Assembly: GCA_951406725.2 (NCBI GenBank)
Contig: OX597814.1
Coordinates: 197,718,001-197,782,000, forward strand
Direction of reading: 5' to 3'
DNA length: 64,000 bases
Source: Octopus vulgaris
Lineage: Eukaryota
Position numbers and translations under genes: made by a program
Part shown: piece by piece, positions 54,046 through 64,000 of the stretch
Layout: each line of letters starts with the position of its first letter
How positions within the stretch are numbered: position 1 is the stretch's first letter
The notes under the pieces: model-generated
The model's database searches: none
Seen by the model: the letters and a program-made list of their open reading frames with translations, nothing else
Told to the model about the DNA's origin: nothing

Positions 54046-54306
54046 AGGCTGAATGACCTTAAAACTCAGAAGGAAACCATATACTGAAAAGACAAAAGAC
54101 ATACCTCAAGATCAGAAGAAACTTGATCGAAAATTTTCTCTAAGTAAACATTCTCAACACGAACCTATCACCAAGCATTGGAGTATATTAGCATAAATGA
54201 AAATAAGGCATATTTCCTAAGTTTAACCTTTTAATAGAAAAACACTACTACTACTACTACTAATTAGGGAACTAGTAATAATAGTAAGAATAAGATAACT
54301 TCCGCC
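54046..54306 (+). other. Probable splice acceptor (AG 54046-54047) and 5' UTR portion of the first coding exon
   Basis: Poly-T tract TTTTTTTTTTATTTCTAG|GCT, followed by a leader that runs to the Kozak ATG. Confidence 0.6.
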
Positions 54307-55428
54307 ATGGCCAAGTTGTGCCGATGTGTCAAGCTTAATGATCGTTTCGATGCACAAGTCTTTACGTTTACTTTACCAAAATCAATAGTTCGGGAATTTT
54401 CTCCAGATGTCTTTTCCACAGAAATTGTGTACGGTTACCACAAATGGAATGTGTCATTCATAAAGAGTGAAAGACACTTGGGGGCATACCTTAAATTGCT
54501 GACCTCAACACCCGGCCTCTCATGTCGCGTGGACTATGCATTTACAATGCTCAACAAAGATCACTTCACCCGAAACGAGTCTTTCATGGAAAAGAATTGT
54601 GATTTTAACGATGATAAATTGACCCATGGCCGCAAAACGTTCATTGGAATACAAGATTTAAGCAACCGAAACTTCATGCAAGACAGTGGTGAATTCCTTG
54701 TGGAGCTTGAGATGCGTAGCATTGTATCCACCTTCGAGTATGACTTAGCGGTACCCAAAGAAGCGTATTCACGACATTACATCAACGAAAAGCTTGAAAC
54801 ACCTTATTTCTCGTTTGGTGTCTTTGACTGGAGTGTATCGTTGTTTAGTCCAAATGGGGCTCACTATACGGAAGGTAAAACAGCTGTCCAACTAAACCGG
54901 CACACCAGTTTCCATCATCTCTGCAATGTGAAGTATGAAATAGCTCTCGGTGAAGAGGATATTTACCAAACTGGTCAAATAACTCAAACACTCGATACAT
55001 CAGGCGTGGGTGACCCACTTATTGTAGCAGCAACGATTTTCGAATTATCACAGGGACGCATGGTTGTCCCTGTAAAAGTAACAATGACATCTGTGGTGTT
55101 AGTCAGCGAAGTGACAATGGATGCCCTCGGCCAAAGTCGCAACCGTGCACATTGTTACGACAGAGACAAACAAGCATGGATGCTAGAAGGAGATACGAGT
55201 GGTAAACATCTCTCTTTCAGACTCTACTACACTGATATCTCACATGTGCCTCGAAAGTTCACGCGTTTTGTATGCTGGAACGTGAGTATCATTCCATCTG
55301 CTGGAAGCATCGTAGGTAGTAACACAAGCAAGGCAGTGAAAGCTCTTGATGGACCATTCACAAAATATTACGTGCAGCAAGACCTTGATGAAGGCTTTGT
55401 CATGCACACTGATATCCCAGTAGAAACG
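54307..55428 (+). CDS. First coding exon (374 codons, phase-0 donor) of an uncharacterised tandem MATH/TRAF-like domain protein
   Basis: Long non-repetitive ORF; Kozak TCCGCCATGG; donor ACG|GTAAGT at 55428/55429. MATH-like patterns (FTFTL...YGYHKWNVSF...LGAYLKL...FTMLN...GRKTFI..DL...F...GEFLVELEM) recur at ETPYFSFGVFDWSVSLF and probably at AWMLE...LSFRLYY. Downstream exons were not identified in the window. Confidence 0.9.
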
Positions 55429-57184
55429 GTAAGTTGAACACTTGTTTACAATTCTTTCATTTTCTTCTACCCTTCAACTAACCGTAGGTTTATTCTTCTT
55501 TATAGCATTTAAGCAAACTATCGTTGTATCTAGTATGATTTAGTTCAAATGGAGCTCATTATACGAAATGTAAAACAACTGGCCAACTAAACCGACATTT
55601 CAATTTCCATAATTACTGTAACGTGAAACTCTCGGTATAAATTCCCGCATATCGTATATGCTGTGCAGTTCTGATTCCCGATTAAGTCACTTCATTTAAC
55701 CCAATTCTCATATCTTTCTTCCTCGTTAAATCAACGATCATCTCTCGTTCCTAGCACTTTCTCCTCATTCTTTGGAATGTGACACAAGCTAAAACGTAGG
55801 ACCAATCTGAGACACTGTAACAAATCTTTTATACATTCATATCATCTTTCGTCTTTAACATATCCACTTCCTTATCATTGTTGTTCTCATCGAGGTGTTT
55901 TGTCAGTGTAACATTATTTCACCGTCTGCCATTACAATTACGCATGTAATTAAAATCTCTTTATTGTTATAGTGTTCACTTCTACCAATTTCTAGCGCAT
56001 ATCATTGCGATCATTAGTTCCTCCAATATCAACTCAGCGAAAACTCAAACGATAAAAAATACGATTCCTAATTCCAGTGACTGATAGAGAGATTTGTGGC
56101 AGAGGAAAAAAAAGAAATGTATTTTTTTTATTTCTGATAAGCATAAATGCTTCCGATCTCATGTTTTTAATTTATATAATTTTCGTCAACATAGATGTTT
56201 CTAAAATATAACAATATCTCACAAAAGCAGAGATCACTATCGCTTGCACATTTTTTCCAATATAATTACAGAGATAATTATATCACATAAGCAGAGATTG
56301 GTATCTTTTACGGATTGTTCCAATACAAATACAAGAAAAAAGAAAAGAGAAAAACCTGTCAAGTTTTGTATTTACCAAACGTTTTGAAACGTTTATTCGT
56401 GTGATTGCAAATATCAATAAGTTTCTGAAAGATTTGCTATGCATTTTAGTTCTAATCGATAAGCGATTATAATGTACGATGACAGACCAACTAGTTAAAC
56501 GTTTTTTTACTGTATACTCCAACTAGAAATATGCTTGTGAAATATTAAGACTCAAGACGATCTTATCTGCATTTTAAGACATAGGGGAGTCGAAAGAATG
56601 ACGGAAATAAACAAACATAAAATATCAGCGAGTAGAAACCTCGCCGCCAAAGTTCAGCAGATAATGTAAAAGTGAATGCCTTTATTACACGTGTTGCTTG
56701 TGGAATATAATAATTCTACTGAATATTCCCTGGTTCTTTAAGGTATTATAATATATTCCATGTTAAACATGACAGATAATTTCTGTATCTACTCAATACC
56801 ATAATAATCGTCTTCAATTCTTAGAATATTCCTCACATGCTCAGATGGGTCTTCATCGGCTATACTTTTAAGTATAAAAATGCTTCGGTTTTCATTTAAT
56901 ACAGCAAAATATTGCATCTTGATACATTTTACGGCAGTACAGATTTGACACACGATTTCAGCTGTGTGGGGCGTAGACAATAAGTAGTTCACAGATTACA
57001 ACCCAGGAAGTAGTTATTGTATAACTAAAACTCAAAGCAAGGAAGAGTGGGGTTAATAAAATTCTTATTGTATTTGTGCAGCTGCCAAATGTTAATGTGT
57101 GTGCAAGTATTTGTATAATATGACATATTTAGAGACCTTCTCCATCCAATAACAGATAAATGTTATTTAATATACACACTAGAA

Positions 57185-57594
57185 TATACACTGGAAGGAA
57201 CTGTGCCAAATTTTGGCATTGAAAGCTACACCAATGCCAGAACGGGACGACACTGCATAGTGTCAAAGATCCCAGCAATGCCATCACGCTTCAGGACCAG
57301 TTACTGCAACAGCCTGGGTTTCAAGGGCCCACAGCTTTTTAATATTCTCCCAAAGAGTCTGAGGAACTTGCACAAAGTAGATGTAGGGTTTTTTAAATCA
57401 AAGCTGGACCTCTTCCTGTCGAGAGTCCCAGATGAGCCTATCTCAGGGCAAGAGGTGCAAATGAGGGTAGCTATATCAAACTCCATTCTTCATCAAGTAC
57501 CACATATTAGAGGAGGCTCCTAGTAATAACAGTGTAGCGTAAAACGGCGGTGCATCAGCATGGCCGCAGCTCTGAGCTGAAACTTAAAACAAAA
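57185..57594 (+). mobile_element. CR1/L2-group LINE 3' end (ORF2 C-terminus and tail)
   Basis: RTGRHC...NSLGFKGPQLFNILPKSLRN...FFKSKLDLFLSRVPDEP is a typical ORF2 C-terminus; tail GGCGGTGCATCAGCATGGCCGCAGCTCTGAGCTGAAAC. Confidence 0.85.
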
Positions 57595-57612
57595 TATATA
57601 TATATATATATA

Positions 57613-57942
57613 AATGCACCCTTTTAAAGCCTAGCCAGACTCATGGGCCCGGTTTCCCGGTTTCAATGGCGTATGTGTTCCCCAACTGGACGGGACGTTA
57701 CTCATTTTTGCCAGCTGAGGGAACTGGAGCAACGTGAAATGAAGTGTTTTGCTCAAGAACACAACGCGCCTAGGAATCGAAACCACAATCTTACGATCAT
57801 GATGCTGACACCCTAACCATTAAGCCAAGCTTCTTTCAGTTTCCGTCTATGAAACCCACTCACAAGGCTTTAGTCGGCTCGAGGCTATAGTAGAAGACAC
57901 TTGCCCAAGGTGCCAGGCAGTGGGACTGAACCCAGAACCATT
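57613..57942 (-). mobile_element. SINE C variant plus SINE B 5' fragment
   Basis: Reverse complement of the family diagnostics. Confidence 0.8.
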
Positions 57943-58027
57943 TAAAAATGGATATGCCCATAATCATAGGCATAAGGGGTCGGTTTATCGATTTTTTTAA
58001 TGGCTTTCTGGGGTGACTGGAGAAATT

Positions 58028-59601
<1,574 letters not shown>

Positions 59602-59645
59602 CATATATATATATATGTTTATATATATATATATATATATATATA

Positions 59646-60026
59646 CTAGCAGTATCGCCCGGCGTTGCTCAGGTTTGTAAGGGAAATAACTATAAACCAT
59701 CTTTAGAGAGTTATAGCCCAAAAATAGCAAAAAAATGGAAAAAAATTATGGTAAATTTTTTTTGAGAGTAAAAAAAGGTTGAGTTGCGTCCCCTAGACAG
59801 TCTGTGGTTTGTTTTTTTTTATTCTCGACCCCATGTCGAATTTATCGATTTTTTTTCAGAACTGGGGGAACTTTTCAAAATTTTCGCTGCGTTAGTTTTG
59901 AATTATGACATTGGGCTATGCGTGTGTCAAGTTTCATCAGAATCGGTTGAAAGCCGTGGTCAGGGTGAGGGTACGAGAAAACAGACACACAGAAACACGC
60001 ACAGACAAACTGCCGTTTATATATAG

Positions 60027-60031
<5 letters not shown>
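59646..60031 (-). mobile_element. Non-autonomous Helitron-like element
   Basis: Minus strand begins TC and ends CTAG, has a subterminal hairpin-like CCTGAGCAACGCCGGG, and sits between A and T in (TA)n with no TSD. Confidence 0.75.
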
Positions 60032-60061
<30 letters not shown>

Positions 60062-60235
60062 TATATATATATATATATGTTTATATATATATATATATGT
60101 TTATATATATATATATATATGTTTATATATATATATATATGTGTATTTATATATATATATATATATGTTTTTATATATATATATATGTTTATATATATAT
60201 ATGTTTATATATATATATATATGTTTATATATATA

Positions 60236-60290
60236 TTACTCTTTTACCTGTTTCAGCCATCCGGCTGAGGCCATGCTGGGGCACCGCCCT
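60236..60290 (-). mobile_element. Solo retroposon 3' tail (SINE B/LINE type) in (TA)n
   Basis: Minus strand reads GGCGGTGCCCCAGCATGGCCTCAGCCGGATGGCTGAAACAGGTAAAAGAGTAA. Confidence 0.8.
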
Positions 60291-60311
60291 TATGTTTATA
60301 TATATATATGT

Positions 60312-60352
<41 letters not shown>

Positions 60353-60377
60353 TATATATGGTTATATATATATATGT

Positions 60378-60429
<52 letters not shown>

Positions 60430-61420
60430 ACATGTATTATATTCTTTAAATATTTATGCATTTGTGAGTTTTCATATTTCTATTTATTTAAATTTTTTCT
60501 ATTTTTCTTCCCAACCACATTATATTTCTCATAGTATAAACTGCTAATAATGGAGGATAATTTGATAGTAACACCTTTCATTTACAACAACAAAATGACT
60601 ACTTTACGAATTTCAGACGAAGTTGTTAAACGAGGAAATAAAAGCTGGTGTGTTTGTATGTTCTCGTCTCCTCTGTTTTCATTGTAGTATTTTTGCTGTT
60701 TTAATTAACGGCACACTCTCTGAATACCGAGTTAATTTACATAGTTATAAGTACTTTGACAGGCGAACAGCCCAAGAGATTCTTCCAATCTTGATTATTC
60801 GAGGAGTTTTGCAATGAATAGAAGTTGGCAATTACATGCCTGAAGGCCTGCTTCTTAGGGAATCCAGCTTAATTCTTTTGAAATTCTATTTCGCTGTTAT
60901 CAGATATTTCAGAGATCACCAATAACTTTTCACATATCAATGATGACAAGATACTAACTTTACCATCTTCTTCATCTTATATAATTACTTGTTTATTTTC
61001 TCTTGATATAATTTAAATAAAGTCGCTTTTCATTTATTTGTTGGTTCAATAATTTAGCAATCAAGGCGCTTCAATTCCATTATCTAGAGTGACATTTGTG
61101 GGGGAAAGTAGAAAGTTATATTTTGGAATACCAATCTAAGTTGGCACTCCTTAAACAGAAAATGGATTGGTGTAAAAATCCTTCAAGGCATCGAATCAAC
61201 TTCATATCTTCGAGATAGATTTCTGCTTTTACAGAATTGCTTTGAGTGGATGTTTCCTGACAAGTATGTCTTCGTGCAAGGAATCTTTGACAAATATTAC
61301 TCATGCTGTCGGTGAAACCCAGCATGAAAACACACACAAAAACGCGCGCACACATGCACAGACACACATACATATATACATCTGCACATACGCCCTCACC
61401 TGTACGCACACACGCATATT

Positions 61421-61639
61421 CTTTTACTCTTTTACTTGTTTCAGTCATTTGATTGTGGCCATGCTGGAGCACCGCCTTTAGTCGAGCAAATAGAGCCCAG
61501 GACTTACTATTTGTAAGCCTTGTACTTATTCTATCGGTCACTTTTACCGAACCGCTAAGTTACCGGGACGTAAACACATAGGCATCGATTCTCAAGCGAT
61601 GTTGGGGAGACAAACACAAACACATATACACACGCACAT

Positions 61640-61676
<37 letters not shown>

Positions 61677-61830
61677 ATTATATTATAAACTTCAATTATC
61701 CGCACCAACGCACGGTTGCAACACCATATGGTCTTATCTACAACCGTGTTTTTTCTGCTGTGATTTTTGCTACCCAGGTATCGGTTAAACTTTTGAATAA
61801 TCCGTAACAAGATAATTCATCTTTCCATTT

Positions 61831-61874
<44 letters not shown>

Positions 61875-62050
61875 CGGGCTTCTTTCTGTTTCTGTCTACC
61901 AAATCCACTCACAAGGCTTTGATCGGCCCGAGGCTGTAGTAGAAGACACTTCCCCAAGGTGCCACGCAGTGGGACTGAACCTGGAACCATGTGGTTCGTA
62001 AGAAAGCTACTTACCACGCAGTCACTTCTACGGCTTCGGAGAGCTTACAC
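61421..62050 (-). mobile_element. SINE B with an insertion in its internal microsatellite
   Basis: Tail and body at 61421-61660, head at 61872-62050, about 170 bp of unrelated sequence between them. Confidence 0.8.
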
Positions 62051-62134
62051 TTTCGAACTTACTCTTATGCTTGTTCCACTAAAATCCGCGCTGATTAGTT
62101 AAACCATATAGTTAACATACAGGTGGAAGAAATT

Positions 62135-62850
62135 GGCGAGCTGGCAGAATCGTTAGCGGCATTTCGTTTGTCTCTACGTCCTGAGTTCAAATTCCGCCGA
62201 GGTTGACTTTGCTTTTCATCCTTTCGAAGGTCGATAAAATAAGTAGGCATTGAGCACTGGAGTCGATTGTAATCGACTTATCCCTCCCTCAAAATTGCTG
62301 AACTTGTGTCAAAATTTGAAACCAATATACAGATAGAAGTTTCTTAACGGTAATCGGTAAACATTATCCACCATATCACAAATACTATAAAATATTTAGC
62401 AGGAATAACGTAAAAATCAACTATAGCTGCAAAAGAAATGAGAGTAAGAACTAAAAAACAGAACGCACTGCAGGGGTAAGAACAATCATCTAAAGCATAA
62501 AGAGAAGCTGAAAGCCATCATGATGAGTGAGAAGGGCCATTCGCTCAACTTGACGTGTTATGGAAATCAAATTTTTGATGACAAATAACGAAAATGGATT
62601 ATTGATTCGGGTTTCCAAATGCTCCTTACCTTCAGTATATTGGTTTCAGATTTCGGCACAAGGCCAGCAATTTAGGGGGCGAGGTATGACAATTACATCG
62701 ATCCCAGTGTTTCGCTAGTACTGATTTTATAGGCCTCGAAAGGATGAAAGGTAAAATCGATCTCAGCGGAATTTGAACTCAGATCGTAAAGTCGAAGAAA
62801 ATGCTACTAACCATTCTGCCCGGCGTGATAATGACTCCGCCCGCTCGCCA
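62135..62850. mobile_element. Two diverged SINE A copies in opposite orientation (62135-62330 +, 62637-62850 -)
   Basis: Family diagnostics on both strands. Confidence 0.75.
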
Positions 62851-63069
62851 CTTATTATCCTCAGTATACTTATTATATCTTCAGTTCTAAAGATTATTTT
62901 CTAATATAACCACAGCACAAAAATTTAAAGGACCAGGTGAAGAGATCGAACCCAGTACTTGATTGAAGCTATTTTATCTACTCTGTGTTAAAGGGTAAAT
63001 CTATTGCAGTGGTATTTGAACTTGAATCGTGATGGTCAGGTGGGCCAATAGAATTTGCTCTCACGCCTA

Positions 63070-63319
63070 AGACAATTTTGCTGCTCCATACAGAAACATA
63101 CTGGACCGCATCCGGAAAAGGGCAATCTGGTTGACCGCTATAAAGTCGCTCACAGATATGTTAGAGTTTCACAGACACAGTCTTCTCCCTCTCCTCCCTC
63201 TTCCCCCTCTCTCTCTCTGTCTCTCTCTCTCTATTCTCTCTCTCTATTCTCTCTCTATTCTCTCTCTCTGTGTCTCTCTGTCTCTCTCTCCTTTATTGAT
63301 CTCTTTCTCTCTCTCCTTT

Positions 63320-63377
<58 letters not shown>

Positions 63378-63690
63378 TATTCTACAATTACAATGATGGC
63401 CTCTGCTCCTCACAACTGGCTGGACCCATGCCGTCTCTACTAGGGCATTCCCGTTCCACTCGACTCTCTCTCACTCATCATTTTTGTTGTGTCCAGGTCC
63501 CATGCTACTTCCTAGACCCAGTCCTTTTTTCCCAGAGCGTCGGCACTCTAGAGTTCCCTCTCCTTGCTCCTATCTTTTCTACAGCCGTTGACTTACACAG
63601 ATTCAACGGAAACTTCAAAACCACCAATCTCACTCGTCTAGGAAGGTCTGTAAAAACCGTGAGCTCTGCCCCCTTTCTCCAAGCTTAGCA
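63070..63690 (+). mobile_element. Decayed CR1-group LINE ORF2 C-terminus split by a (CT)n expansion
   Basis: ILDRIRKRAI...LTDMLE, then (CT)n at 63180-63375, then LFYNYNDGLCSSQLA...RSTRLS...FPRASAL...AVDLHRF. Confidence 0.7.
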
Positions 63691-64000
63691 AAAAACAAGT
63701 TAAATTATTATATGGACTAATTAATTTTAAAACCAGCTTGAAATAATTTTTTTTTTTAATTGTCACGTCGGAAACATGCTAACTTGTCATTGTCCGATGT
63801 TAACAGGACAGGATTACATATAATCGATAAATTATTCACTCTTGAAACGATTGCTCAATTAATTCTGCTGACTTGTCCGTCAATTTACTCTCAACTGCTT
63901 TTTAGAAGATTATAATTGTGTTATTTAACACCTTACGTCCATAATCTCTCTATATATATATGTTTCTTTATAACCCACAAAGGGGCTAAACATAGAGAGG

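Noticed and set aside
56830-56865. Hammerhead-like CCGAUGA motif on the minus strand
   Set aside because: The GAAA half and stems are not convincingly present.

Overview
AT-rich, repeat-saturated animal genomic DNA. The SINE repertoire and the microsatellite load suggest an octopus/cephalopod genome, but this is an inference. Only one convincing host coding exon is present: 54307-55428 (+), with a perfect Kozak ATG and a GTAAGT donor, encoding an uncharacterised protein with tandem MATH/TRAF-like domains. Almost all other ORFs in the track are microsatellite or SINE artefacts. The rest of the window is intron/intergenic DNA. It holds at least three tRNA-derived SINE families (called A, B and C here), decayed non-LTR retrotransposons (R4/Dong-like and HERO-like RLE elements, CR1-group 3' ends, a possible Penelope remnant), Tc1/mariner, pogo/Tigger and piggyBac-like DNA transposon remnants, and Helitron-like elements. 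The most notable signals are: (i) a near-full 5S rRNA copy fused to the LINE-type 3' tail of SINE B, a candidate 5S-derived SINE; (ii) several minimal type I hammerhead ribozyme motifs in short repeats lying in or beside microsatellites; (iii) a shared 3' stem-loop with compensatory changes across a LINE, SINE B, the 5S chimera and a solo tail; (iv) a ~265 bp element found twice at (GATA)n arrays whose 3' end resembles a SINE A tail; (v) SINE-derived tandem arrays and several long inverted repeats. All calls were made by eye, and repeat boundaries are approximate.
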